51,018 nucleotides of DNA, from positions 1-51,018 of the IMG/VR virus record IMGVR_UViG_3300020383_000002. The stretch is one strand, 5' to 3'. Shown here piece by piece: positions 18,767-28,273 of the stretch. The translations under genes were made by a program, and so were the position numbers. The notes beneath the pieces were generated by a model, which was not told where the DNA came from, did not search any database, and saw only the letters and a program-made list of their open reading frames with translations. Source of the DNA: a virus (lineage: Duplodnaviria; Caudoviricetes). Position 1 is the first letter of the stretch. Every line of letters begins with the position of its first letter.

Positions 18767-19730
18767 CCTTTTTAAACTCCCACATAGTTGTTCCTCTAGC
18801 GATGGTCTTCAAGTATTTGAGCAAGAAGATGGTACGGTGGATGGCTATTGTTATAGTTGTAAGACATACGTACCAGACCCACTCAAAGGCCAAGCTGTAG
18901 AAGACTTTCCTGTAAAGAAAAGGTTGAAGAAGTCTAAAGAGGAGATTCAAGCAGAGATAGAGGAGATTAACTCCTACCCAGTAGATGACTTGCGTAGTCG
19001 TATGCTTCGTAAGAAGTCCCTTGAGAAGTATGGTATTAAGCTGGGGTACGATGAAACAGACGGCCAAACTGTCAAGTTCATGTACTTTCCCTACACTAAG
19101 GATGGTGAGCTTAAGTCATATAAGGTGAAGCTGTTAGAGCCTAAGAAGTTCTGGGCTTTAGGAGATCAATCTGATGTAGATTTATTCGGATGGGAACAAG
19201 CTGTAGCCACTGGTGCTAAGCGTCTAATAATTGTGGAAGGTGAGTTAGACGTACCAGCTCTTGACCGCATATTAGAAATGCACACCAGTGAGAAGTGGAA
19301 GGACATGATTCCTGCTGTGGCTTCTCTCCCTCATGGGGCAGCGTCTGCTGGTAAAGACTTAGCTAGGCTAGCCTCTAAGATTAGGCGTCACTTCAAAGAT
19401 ATTAGCTTCTGCTTTGATAATGACAAAGCAGGAAGGGACGCATTAGAAGCAGCAATGAAGGTGTTCCCTGATGCTACGTCCATTGACCTTCCTTGTAAAG
19501 ATGCTAACGACTGTATCCTGCAAGGTAAAACTAAAGCAGCTCACAAGGCTGTTACCTTCAACGCTAGCAAAGCAAAAAACACAAGGCTAGTGTGGGGAAG
19601 AGAAGTCCATGAGATTGCTAAGGTGCCTGCCCAATGGGGTGTACCCTGGCCCTGGAAGCGTCTCACAGAGCTCACACGGGGAATTCGTACCGGAGAGACC
19701 TACTACCTAGGCGCTGCTCAGAAAATGGGT
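18753..19730 (+). CDS. Primase-helicase exon 1 (spliced product 550 aa)
   Basis: Zn finger, TOPRIM (VEGELD, FDND, KDAND), first half of Walker A GAAQKMG. Confidence 0.9.
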
Positions 19731-20318
19731 TTGTAAAAGCCCATGTAAAAGACATTGAATTCAGGGGAAGCCTAGAACAGGTAATCCTGAGCCAAGCTAT
19801 CCTGCCTCTTTGAAAAGGAGGCGCTTATGAGAGTAAAAGATTACCCGAACTATCGAGTGTACGAGGATGGCACAGTAGTAGGTGCCCGTGGTAAGATTCT
19901 CAAGCAAGATGAGAACTCCACTGGGTACAAACGTGTCAGCCTATGTAAGAATGGAATTGTCAAAAGAGTTTTCGTACATCGACTTGTGGCTGAACATTTT
20001 GTCGAAGGTTATGAGGACGGGAAGGTTGTTAACCATATCGATGGTGACAATCAGAATAATCATAAAGACAATCTGGAATGGGCCACCATGTCTGAGAATG
20101 TCAGAGATGGTTGGCTTAGAGGACGAGATTCCTCTCACTTACACTTGAACTTTAGACGGGCAGGGTAGAAGGTGCAACGACTATCCCGAAAGGGAGTAGG
20201 GCCAAGTGGCTCGAAGCGGTGTCCTCCAAAAGGAGATGATATAGTCTGGTCTGCATGGGGACATGCAGCAGTTCATAAGAGAACGGGCAGGGCTTAACGA
20301 ACCCTGTCGAACACTACG
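19731..20318 (+). mobile_element. Group I intron A (588 nt, IA-like) in helicase Walker A
   Basis: P1 AUGGGU|UU-GUAA-AAGCCCAU with U.G; GCAACGACUA and GAUAUAGUC core; terminal G 20318; excision restores GAAQKMG-KSEV. Confidence 0.92.
19827..20168 (+). CDS. Intron-encoded NUMOD4-like/HNH endonuclease
   Basis: YPNYRV, VHRLVAEHF, VNHIDG..NN..NLEW; lies in P6 loop. Confidence 0.9.
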   Translation: MRVKDYPNYRVYEDGTVVGARGKILKQDENSTGYKRVSLCKNGIVKRVFVHRLVAEHFVEGYEDGKVVNHIDGDNQNNHKDNLEWATMSENVRDGWLRGRDSSHLHLNFRRAG

Positions 20319-20993
20319 AAGAGCGAGGTTGTGAACACCCTAGGGGCATGGCTAATTGAGCAGGTGGGTTGGTCTGTAATGATGGCTAAGCCAGAGGAGG
20401 CTAACGCTAAGACATACAAACTTGTAGCGGGAAAGATTGCTGGTAAGATTTTCCATGACCCTAAAGTAGAGTTTGATGAGGAGGCTTACGACAGGGCTGG
20501 GGATATTATCCAAGACAAGTTGTGTATGGTAAATCTGTATCAACACCTTGGATGGGAGACGCTACAGACAGACATCAGATCAGCCGCTGCTGAGGGGTGC
20601 AAGGCTATCTTTATAGACCCTATCACTAACCTCACTAACGGTATGAACGCTGCTGATGCTAATACGAAGCTACAAGAGATTGCTCAAGAACTCGCAGCTA
20701 TGGCTAAAGATCTTGATGTTGCTATCTTTATATTCTGCCATCTTCGTAATCCCGATAGTGGTCTTTCTCACGACCGTGGAGGGCATGTCCTTACTAGCCA
20801 GTTTGCTGGCAGTCGTGCCATGGGTCGTAGTTGTAATTATATGTTCGGACTTGAGGGGAACAAAGACCCAGAACTCTCAGAAGAAGAAAGAAACGTAAGA
20901 CACTTGGTTCTCCTTGATGACAGGGAGTTTGGTGAGGTAGGTAGTGTACCTCTGTTCTGGAACCGTAAGACTGGATTGTTTTCGGAGATGTAA
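20319..20993 (+). CDS. Primase-helicase exon 2 (SF4 helicase)
   Basis: KSEV, IFIDPIT Walker B, FCHL, FAGSR. Confidence 0.9.
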   Translation, partial: KSEVVNTLGAWLIEQVGWSVMMAKPEEANAKTYKLVAGKIAGKIFHDPKVEFDEEAYDRAGDIIQDKLCMVNLYQHLGWETLQTDIRSAAAEGCKAIFIDPITNLTNGMNAADANTKLQEIAQELAAMAKDLDVAIFIFCHLRNPDSGLSHDRGGHVLTSQFAGSRAMGRSCNYMFGLEGNKDPELSEEERNVRHLVLLDDREFGEVGSVPLFWNRKTGLFSEM

Positions 20994-21073
20994 TATGGCA
21001 ATTTCAATCACCGCCTTCCTGTTTTTAATTTCAGGTTGGCTCCTATTACTTTGGGTTATGTGGAAGGGATGAT

Positions 21074-21229
21074 ATGCTTTTAAAAGTTAGCTGGCGGGTA
21101 GACTACTGGAAAGAGGATGAGAGGTGCTACCTAAAAGGTAAAACCTGTAACTCCCTAGACGAAGCGCTACATTATTGTGCAGAAGGCGTGCCTGCACGTA
21201 TTGTTAAGGTCACTGAGGAGGAAGTGTAA
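21074..21229 (+). CDS. Hypothetical 51-aa protein (not in track)
   Basis: TAATG coupling to sigma gene. Confidence 0.55.
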   Translation: MLLKVSWRVDYWKEDERCYLKGKTCNSLDEALHYCAEGVPARIVKVTEEEV

Positions 21230-21711
21230 TGACCCTTGAAGAACTCTACACAGAGAAGTCTGAGGCACAGGTTAAGTCTTTAGCAGGACGTGTAGGAGGC
21301 ATTCACAATGCGGAAGATATTGTGCAAGAAGCCTACTGCCGAGCCTTGAAACACCTAGACACCTTTGACGCTAATAAGGCTTCCCTAGAGGTGTGGGTTC
21401 AACGAATCATTAAGCGTTGCACCTTTGACTTTAAGCGTCAAGAGCTAATGCAAGGCATGGTTCGTGATGAGATGGATAAGGATGAACCCTTTGAAGACTT
21501 CCGGGACTTGGGGGTGTCCACTCTAAAGGAAGTGGTAGAGGAGATTGGTAAGCGTAAGAAGGCCCACCAGGAGGTATTACGCCTAACCTTCGTCAAGGGC
21601 TACCGTCCCCGTGAGATTGCAGAGATTGTTGAGGAAGGCTCACGAGGTATTGAACACATTATCCGTTCCTTTAAGCTGGACATGATGGCTAAGTATCGGG
21701 AGGATGTATAA
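21229..21711 (+). CDS. ECF-like RNA polymerase sigma factor
   Basis: AEDIVQEAY (region 2), W..RI, region 4 HTH GYRPREIAEIV. Confidence 0.8.
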   Translation: MTLEELYTEKSEAQVKSLAGRVGGIHNAEDIVQEAYCRALKHLDTFDANKASLEVWVQRIIKRCTFDFKRQELMQGMVRDEMDKDEPFEDFRDLGVSTLKEVVEEIGKRKKAHQEVLRLTFVKGYRPREIAEIVEEGSRGIEHIIRSFKLDMMAKYREDV

Positions 21712-23650
21712 TGGCATGAGCGTATATGTATTCGACCTAGAGGCGGACAATCTCCTTGACAAGGCAACAACAATACATTGTGGTGTAGTTGCTGATCTAA
21801 GCAGTGATGAAGTGTGGAAGTATCGACCACACGAGATAGGGGCTTTAGTCGATAGGTTGATGAAGGCTGAAGTCTTAATTGGGCATAACATCATAAGCTA
21901 CGATCTCCCTCTTATTGAGAAGCTGACAGGGAGGGTGTTCAAAGGGAAGGTGGTAGATACGCTTGTGATGAGCCGTCTACACAAACCCAACCGTACCCTG
22001 CCTATGTACGCTAAAGACCGCAGAGCAGGCCCACACAGCCTGTATGCCTGGGGTGTGAGAGTGGGTGTAGATAAGCCTGACTATCACGAGTGGGATACGT
22101 TCGATGAAGGGATGTTACACCGCTGTAGTGAAGATGTTGCTATAAACAAACTTACGTTCTTTGCACTGATGAAGGAGATTAAGGGGCAGAACTGGCGTAA
22201 CGCTCACCTTCTCACTTTTGAGTTGTTCAAGAACCTATCTAAACAAGAGCAATATGGGTGGTTAGTTGATGAAGAGTACATTGACAAATCTATTAGCCTT
22301 CTAACGCATTGGATGCGTAAGATTGATGCGGCTATTACACCTATGTTGCCTTTAAAGCTCATCATTGAAGAGCAGAAGGTAAAAGGTGAATATAAATTCG
22401 TTAGCAAGCCTTTCAGAAAAGACAGACAATATACTGCTCAGGTGGTTAATTGGCTGGCTAGCCTTGACCCTCTACATAGCAGTCAAAATGTGGTGGGCCC
22501 TTTTAGTAGGATTAGTTTTCGCCTTGTTAATCTAGACAGCAATGAGGAGACTAAAGACTTCTTGCTAGCAGAGGGTTGGCAACCTGAGACTTGGAACTAC
22601 AAGAAGGACGCTAAAGGGAGGCCAGAGAAAGACGAGAGAGGGAACCTTATTAAGACTTCTCCTAAGCTACACGGTGATGATCCTTTCTTAGGAGTGTCTG
22701 GTAAGGTGGGCAGGCTCATTGCTAAGCGTGTTCAATGCAGGCATAGGCGTAGCCAGCTTGAGGGCTGGAAGAAGCTCATACGGCCTGATGGACGCATCTC
22801 AGCTAGGGTCAGTGGTGTAGCCACAACGGGGAGGGCTAAACATGCAGGAATTGTCAATGTCCCAGGGGGGGATGCCTTCTTTGGCAGGCAAATGCGGGAG
22901 GTATTCACAGCACAAGAAGGGTATGTGCTTGTAGGTTGTGACTCCGCTGGCTGTCAAAATAGGATGTTGGCAGCACGAGTTGGTGATGAGTTCTTCACAG
23001 ACACTCTTATCAATGGCTCCAAAGAACTTGGAACTTCCATCCACCATGTCAACCAGCGAGCAATTAAAGAAGTTGCGGGACTGGAAGTGTCCTACCACAT
23101 GGCAAAGACGCTTAACTACGCTTTCATGTTTGGTGCGTCAGATAAGAAGCTAGCAAGCTCTTATGGCTCAACAGATGTAAACCTAGGGGCTAAGATTAGG
23201 GAAGCGTTGCTATCTGTGGCAGCAGGTTTTGAAGCTCTTGTTGAGAACTTAACTAAGGAGTGGAGGTCTAACGCTAAGAAGAAGCTGAATGACTGGGGGA
23301 AGATGTCCTACTACAATGGTTGGGTAACAGGCCTTGATGGCCGCCCAATATACATTGAGTCAGAGCATCAAATCCTGGTATATGTATTGCAGTCTGACGA
23401 AGCTGTAATGATGACTGCTGCGTACAACCTTCTTTGCAAGCGTCTAGCTAAGAAATATAAGTACGGCGTAGACTATGGAGTGGTAGCTTGGGTACACGAC
23501 GAGTATACAATTGAATGCCGTGAGGAGATTGCTAAAGATGTAGCTCGCATTGCAGAGAAGTGTATTGTTGACGCTGGTAAGTTCTACAACATCCAATGTC
23601 CACACGAGGGAGAAGCGGCAATTGGTAAGACGTGGTGGTCTATTCACTGA
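21704..23650 (+). CDS. DNA polymerase family A with 3'-5' exonuclease
   Basis: FDLEAD, GHNIISYD, VATTGR, AKTLNYA, WVHDE. Confidence 0.95.
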   Translation: MYNGMSVYVFDLEADNLLDKATTIHCGVVADLSSDEVWKYRPHEIGALVDRLMKAEVLIGHNIISYDLPLIEKLTGRVFKGKVVDTLVMSRLHKPNRTLPMYAKDRRAGPHSLYAWGVRVGVDKPDYHEWDTFDEGMLHRCSEDVAINKLTFFALMKEIKGQNWRNAHLLTFELFKNLSKQEQYGWLVDEEYIDKSISLLTHWMRKIDAAITPMLPLKLIIEEQKVKGEYKFVSKPFRKDRQYTAQVVNWLASLDPLHSSQNVVGPFSRISFRLVNLDSNEETKDFLLAEGWQPETWNYKKDAKGRPEKDERGNLIKTSPKLHGDDPFLGVSGKVGRLIAKRVQCRHRRSQLEGWKKLIRPDGRISARVSGVATTGRAKHAGIVNVPGGDAFFGRQMREVFTAQEGYVLVGCDSAGCQNRMLAARVGDEFFTDTLINGSKELGTSIHHVNQRAIKEVAGLEVSYHMAKTLNYAFMFGASDKKLASSYGSTDVNLGAKIREALLSVAAGFEALVENLTKEWRSNAKKKLNDWGKMSYYNGWVTGLDGRPIYIESEHQILVYVLQSDEAVMMTAAYNLLCKRLAKKYKYGVDYGVVAWVHDEYTIECREEIAKDVARIAEKCIVDAGKFYNIQCPHEGEAAIGKTWWSIH

Positions 23651-23662
23651 GGAGAGCATCCC

Positions 23663-23884
23663 ATGCTCACATGGTTCCTAATCTATCTAACTTCTAACTG
23701 TGCTTTCTCAGCAGGTTTGCTGGGGTGGGACTGGTTACGAGACAAAGATAAAACTAACAAAGTTTTAAATGACTTCTACAAAGATATGCCAATGAACACA
23801 ACATTCACAACTCTCTACTTGATTGTGATGATGGCATTGGTAGCAATCCCTACATTCCTAATTAAATCAGTACGAGGTAAGTAA
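23663..23884 (+). CDS. Small membrane protein
   Basis: GAGGAG SD; two hydrophobic segments. Confidence 0.65.
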   Translation: MLTWFLIYLTSNCAFSAGLLGWDWLRDKDKTNKVLNDFYKDMPMNTTFTTLYLIVMMALVAIPTFLIKSVRGK

Positions 23885-23887
23885 TCT

Positions 23888-24625
23888 ATGGCAGGTTTAA
23901 ACGCTAAGAAAGCAGCAAATGGTTCAGCAGGTGGTGGTAATCGTGTTGAGCAAGAGGTAATGGACTCAGGTACATACCCTGTCCGTGTTGTCCAGATTAT
24001 TGATCTAGGGGTACAGCCACAAAGGGCTTTTCAGGGGGAAGCCAAGCCACCTGTTCATCAAATCCAACTCACCTATGAGTTTGTTGATGAGTTCCTCAAG
24101 GATGAAGAAGGCAATGAGCTAGAGGACAAGCCTCGTTGGTTGTCTGAGGACTTCCCTCTGTACAACCTGTCTAGTGAACGAGCTAAGTCCACCAAGCGTT
24201 ACAAGGCTCTTGACCCAGAGGAGGCGCATGAAGGTGACTTCAGTATGTTGCTTGGTGCTCCTGCTAATGCGCTAGTCACTTCGTACAAGCTAAAGAACGG
24301 CCCTAACGCTGGTAAGGAACGTAACAAGATTCAAGACCTGTCGGCTATGCGTCCTCGTGATGCTGCCAAGACACCTGAGCTTGTTAATGAAGCTAAGATG
24401 TTTAGCTTGGAAGAGCCAGACCTGGAAGTGTTCTTGTCTCTACCTGACTGGTTGCAAGAGAAGATTAAGAGCAACCTAGAATACGCAGGAAGCCCCCTAC
24501 AAGAGCTTCTAGAGGGAGGTAAGGGCAAAGGTAAGGGTAAGCCTGAGAAAGCCCGTGAGGAGCCACAGGAAGAGCCTGAAGAGCAGGAAGAAGACGACAT
24601 TGAAGAAGAGGAACGCCCGTGGTAA
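23888..24625 (+). CDS. Putative ssDNA-binding protein
   Basis: Follows the polymerase; very acidic tail ending in Trp. Confidence 0.6.
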   Translation: MAGLNAKKAANGSAGGGNRVEQEVMDSGTYPVRVVQIIDLGVQPQRAFQGEAKPPVHQIQLTYEFVDEFLKDEEGNELEDKPRWLSEDFPLYNLSSERAKSTKRYKALDPEEAHEGDFSMLLGAPANALVTSYKLKNGPNAGKERNKIQDLSAMRPRDAAKTPELVNEAKMFSLEEPDLEVFLSLPDWLQEKIKSNLEYAGSPLQELLEGGKGKGKGKPEKAREEPQEEPEEQEEDDIEEEERPW

Positions 24626-24733
24626 CATACGCTAGTAAAAACCTAGACTACCTAGAGCAAATGGAAATGGCTCTTATGGTATCTGCCACCTTGGTAAGCA
24701 ATATGTTATGGCAACAATATGTGGAGGGGCTAG

Positions 24734-24913
24734 ATGAGCAAAGCAACGCTAGTTAATGCAGAAGGGTTAGAGGAATATGGATTGAAGACAGGAGACACAG
24801 GGGAGGTTACTGGTCGTAAGCGTATTATGGGCCAAGACATTGTGTTCTTCCGTCCTGATGACACTATGCAAATTTATGCCATCTCTCATCATCGAGTGGA
24901 GGACAGTGAATGA
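24734..24913 (+). CDS. Hypothetical 59-aa protein (not in track)
   Basis: GGAGG SD; MSKATLVNAEGLEEYGLKTGDTGEV. Confidence 0.6.
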   Translation: MSKATLVNAEGLEEYGLKTGDTGEVTGRKRIMGQDIVFFRPDDTMQIYAISHHRVEDSE

Positions 24914-25010
24914 TTGAAGCTATTTTATGGGTACTTGTTGTTAAAGGAGTCGTTACAACACTCATTATTTGGGAGATGATGAAGCGCATTAAAGTCTTGG
25001 AAGATAAGTA

Positions 25011-25868
25011 ATGCGTTGCCTCTTGGACGCAGATGTATTATTATATGAGGCAGCGTTTGGTGGGGAATACTTAGACGAGGAAACAGGAGAGAAGGTTCCT
25101 AGGGACTTCTCCCAGGTGTCTGAGCTATTTGACCAGAAGGTTAGAGAGATTGAGGAAGCATGTTGGGCTGATGAGGAGTCTAAGCTATTCCTTACAGGCA
25201 ACCCTTTCCTAGCTAAGTTAGAGAACAGGAAGCGTAAGAGGGAGGGGCTTGAGCCTCTCTCCTTCCCTCCTAACTTTCGGTTTGAGGTGGCTGTCTCTGT
25301 CCCTTATAAGAGCACACGCTCGGCTAAACCCTACCACTACTACAACCTCTTAGCGTACATCTATCACGCTTATAGCCCCATCATTGCTTGGGGTATGGAA
25401 GCAGACGATATGCTCTGCATCTATCAACAACGGTTCTTGAAAGAGCAATCCACCATCATCTGCACTAGAGATAAAGACTTACGCATGATGGAAGGTTGGC
25501 ATTACGGCTGGGAGTGTGCTAACCAAGCTGGGTATAGCCCTAAGCTAGTTGACTCCATTGGGGAGTTACATCTAAGTGAGAGAGGTAAGCTAACTGGTAC
25601 AGGCTTAAAGTTCTTCTACTCACAAATGATTACAGGGGACAAGGTTGATTGCATACCAGGGCTGCCACGAGGAGGCCCAGTATTAGCGTATAAGACGCTT
25701 AAAGACTGTGAGACAGAGGTTGATATGTACAGAGCTGTAAAAGCTCTCTACGAGGCTAAGGAGAAGACTCAGGGCTACTTCCTTGAACAGGCTTACCTAT
25801 TGTGGATGGTGAGAGAGCTTAATGAGTTTGGATTCCCTATTATGTATAAACTACCAGAGGAGTGGTGA
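25011..25868 (+). CDS. 5'-3' exonuclease (T7 gp6-like)
   Basis: LLDAD, EADD, RDKD, GDKVDCIPGL. Confidence 0.9.
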   Translation: MRCLLDADVLLYEAAFGGEYLDEETGEKVPRDFSQVSELFDQKVREIEEACWADEESKLFLTGNPFLAKLENRKRKREGLEPLSFPPNFRFEVAVSVPYKSTRSAKPYHYYNLLAYIYHAYSPIIAWGMEADDMLCIYQQRFLKEQSTIICTRDKDLRMMEGWHYGWECANQAGYSPKLVDSIGELHLSERGKLTGTGLKFFYSQMITGDKVDCIPGLPRGGPVLAYKTLKDCETEVDMYRAVKALYEAKEKTQGYFLEQAYLLWMVRELNEFGFPIMYKLPEEW

Positions 25869-26020
25869 TGGCTAAAGTTTCAACGGTTTGCCCTATGTGC
25901 GAATACCACAGTTTCCAAGTTAAAGAGTGGTCAGAGAGGCCATCTACAGGGCTGCTGGCCCCTTATGGCTGGTGCCCTAATTGCAAATGGAGGGGTTGGT
26001 TAGAGGTGAAAAATGGCTAG
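25868..26020 (+). CDS. Small Zn-ribbon protein (50 aa, not in track)
   Basis: CPMC..CPNC; TGATG coupling. Confidence 0.6.
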   Translation: MAKVSTVCPMCEYHSFQVKEWSERPSTGLLAPYGWCPNCKWRGWLEVKNG

Positions 26021-26432
26021 ACCTTCAGGGGAAAAGACACGATGTAACGGTATGTGGACGGAGGCAAAGTTCAATAGCTTCATTAAGAATCTCCTTCGTC
26101 AAGGCACACGTAAGTGGGCACCCATTCAATTAACTAAGAAGAATGCTAGAACTCGTCGAGGCTTCTATAGGTGTGCAGGATGCGGGCAAGAAGTCCCTGC
26201 CACAATAGTTGTAAACGGTAAGCGAGTGAATAATGTAGCGGTAGATCACATCAAACCGATTATTGACCCCTCTGTGGGGTTCACTACTTGGGGAGATGTT
26301 ATCGAAGCTATGTATTGTGAAATGGATAATTTGCAACTCTTGTGTAGAGCCTGCCATGACGAAGTGACAGCAGAGGAGCGAGCAATTGCCAAACAACGAC
26401 GCCAAAACGAAAAAGAGAGCAGTAATGACTAA
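26013..26432 (+). CDS. HNH endonuclease
   Basis: CAGC, VDHIKP, NLQLLCRACH. Confidence 0.85.
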   Translation: MARPSGEKTRCNGMWTEAKFNSFIKNLLRQGTRKWAPIQLTKKNARTRRGFYRCAGCGQEVPATIVVNGKRVNNVAVDHIKPIIDPSVGFTTWGDVIEAMYCEMDNLQLLCRACHDEVTAEERAIAKQRRQNEKESSND

Positions 26433-26646
26433 TCGTACCTTTGATGAGATTGAGAACGTAACCCTGCGTACATGGAACCGTTGCGCTCTTGCCTTTAACC
26501 TAGCGGAGGACAAAGGTAAAGACGCTAGTGAAATGTACATGAGTCAGTTTGATCAGAAGAGCAAGCGACAGATGCTAATTCTCTTCAACTACATCGAAGC
26601 TAAAGGGTATGAGGCTGTTAAGAGAGAGGTGTTCCGTGGAGTATGA
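26425..26646 (+). CDS. Hypothetical protein
   Basis: Overlapping gene chain; likely start 26425. Confidence 0.65.
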   Translation: MTNRTFDEIENVTLRTWNRCALAFNLAEDKGKDASEMYMSQFDQKSKRQMLILFNYIEAKGYEAVKREVFRGV

Positions 26647-26770
26647 TGACACTTTAGAATGTGGGTGCTGTGCCTGTTGTGGGTGCTACTGCGATGAGCC
26701 CTATGATCGCTTTGGTAACCTAAAAGAGGAATGGGAAGAAGAAGAGAGGGATACAGACGAAGATGACTGA
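26636..26770 (+). CDS. Cys-rich acidic micro-protein (44 aa, not in track)
   Basis: GAGG SD, GTG start; CGCCACCGCYCD. Confidence 0.55.
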   Translation: MEYDDTLECGCCACCGCYCDEPYDRFGNLKEEWEEEERDTDEDD

Positions 26771-26984
26771 AACTGCACTTGATGTGCAGGTTGGCGGGGG
26801 ACATTATAAGTCCCTCGTCATTCAACCTGTAGAGTTTTGTCAGAAGAACAAGCTGCCCTACTGTGAAAGCAATGTCATTAAGTATACGGTTAGGCATAAG
26901 AGCAAGAATGGTTTAGAGGACTTGCGTAAAGCTAAGCACTGCCTTGAACTACTTGCACAACTAGAATACGGAGAGACTCTTTGA
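26763..26984 (+). CDS. DUF3310 family (T7 gp1.7-like) protein
   Basis: QVGGGHYK..QP..NVIKY..K.G.EDL.KA. Confidence 0.85.
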   Translation: MTETALDVQVGGGHYKSLVIQPVEFCQKNKLPYCESNVIKYTVRHKSKNGLEDLRKAKHCLELLAQLEYGETL

Positions 26985-27637
26985 AAGTAGACTACATCGA
27001 CCACATGGGGGGCGATGATCGGGTAGTAGATGCCGCCCGAGTTTCCTTCCATAAAGAAGCAGCTAACTACACACCAGAGCAGAACGATAAGCTACTAGCC
27101 TACCTAGCACGCCATAACCATTGGACTCCTTTTAGTCACCCTCAAATCACCTTACGCTACACTGTTCCCATCTTTGTAGCTCGTCAAGAGTTCAAGCATA
27201 TTGTAGGCTTTACTCGTAATGAGGTGAGCAGACGGTATGTAGACGATGAGCCTGAGTTTTTTATTCCTGACGTATGGCGTAGTCGTCCTGATGGGAGTGT
27301 TAAACAGGGGAGCGGGCAAGGAAGTATCAATGAAGGGGATGGCTTCTTCTCTCCAGCAGAACGTGTGAGGAATCGCTATAAGAACTTACTGAAAGAAGCG
27401 AAAGAGGTTTACGAAGAAATACTGGAATTTGGAGGAGCACCTGAGCAAGCTCGTATAGTGTTGCCTCAATCCATGTACACTTCCTACTACATAACCGGCT
27501 CCTTAGCTGCCTTTGCTCGGTTCTACAAACAGCGTACTGATGAACACGCTCAGAAGGAGATTCAAGACTTAGCTTACATGGTTGGTGACCTTATCCAACC
27601 TCTCTATCCGGTTTCTTGGAAAGCCCTCACGGAGTAA
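26981..27637 (+). CDS. thyX: Flavin-dependent thymidylate synthase
   Basis: AARVSF, HWTPF, NEVSRRY, PEQAR.VLP, HAQKEI. Confidence 0.95.
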   Translation: MKVDYIDHMGGDDRVVDAARVSFHKEAANYTPEQNDKLLAYLARHNHWTPFSHPQITLRYTVPIFVARQEFKHIVGFTRNEVSRRYVDDEPEFFIPDVWRSRPDGSVKQGSGQGSINEGDGFFSPAERVRNRYKNLLKEAKEVYEEILEFGGAPEQARIVLPQSMYTSYYITGSLAAFARFYKQRTDEHAQKEIQDLAYMVGDLIQPLYPVSWKALTE

Positions 27638-27640
27638 TAT

Positions 27641-28273
27641 ATGAGCGATAATCGTAAACTGTACGAGCTTGCCCTACGTGATCGTGACCTGTTCCCTGTC
27701 ATCTGTACAGGCCCGGCAGGCACTGGGAAAACATTCGGAGCTGTAGAGCTAGCGTGTGAATGGCTACAGGATAAGCGTAAACGTGTTGTTGTTACTCGTC
27801 CTAACGTATCGTTTGCTAAGGAGAATGGCTTCCTCCCAGGCACAGAGCGAGAGAAGATGGCCCCTTGGGTACGCCCTATTGAACAGAACTTCCACAAGCT
27901 CGGTAAGAAAGAAGGTGAGCTTGCTATGCTGGAGAAACAAGGGCGACTAACTTACATGCCCTTGGAATTCATCCAGGGCTGTACTTGGGACGACACCTTG
28001 ATCATTGTTGATGAAGTCCAGAACATGAGCTTTGAGCAGCTAAAGGTATTGCTCACTCGTCAAGGTGTTTACAGCAAGGTGGTGTTGTGTGGAGACGTGG
28101 CTCAGACCTCTCCTAAGTTTAAACAGAGTGGCCTAGCAGAATTGGTACGCATGGTGAGAGGTCTTGATGTAGATTGTCACTTAGTTGATTTTGATTATGA
28201 CGACATTATCCGTTCTGAACAATGTAAGAAATGGATAATCTCTTTTGACGCATGGGAAGGAGGTGCTAGTTAA
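27641..28273 (+). CDS. phoH: PhoH-like ATPase
   Basis: GPAGTGKT, GFLPG, DEVQN, GD..Q. Confidence 0.92.
   Translation: MSDNRKLYELALRDRDLFPVICTGPAGTGKTFGAVELACEWLQDKRKRVVVTRPNVSFAKENGFLPGTEREKMAPWVRPIEQNFHKLGKKEGELAMLEKQGRLTYMPLEFIQGCTWDDTLIIVDEVQNMSFEQLKVLLTRQGVYSKVVLCGDVAQTSPKFKQSGLAELVRMVRGLDVDCHLVDFDYDDIIRSEQCKKWIISFDAWEGGAS

Noticed and set aside
20331-20993. Standalone helicase starting at GTG 20331
   Set aside because: It would lack Walker A; it is exon 2
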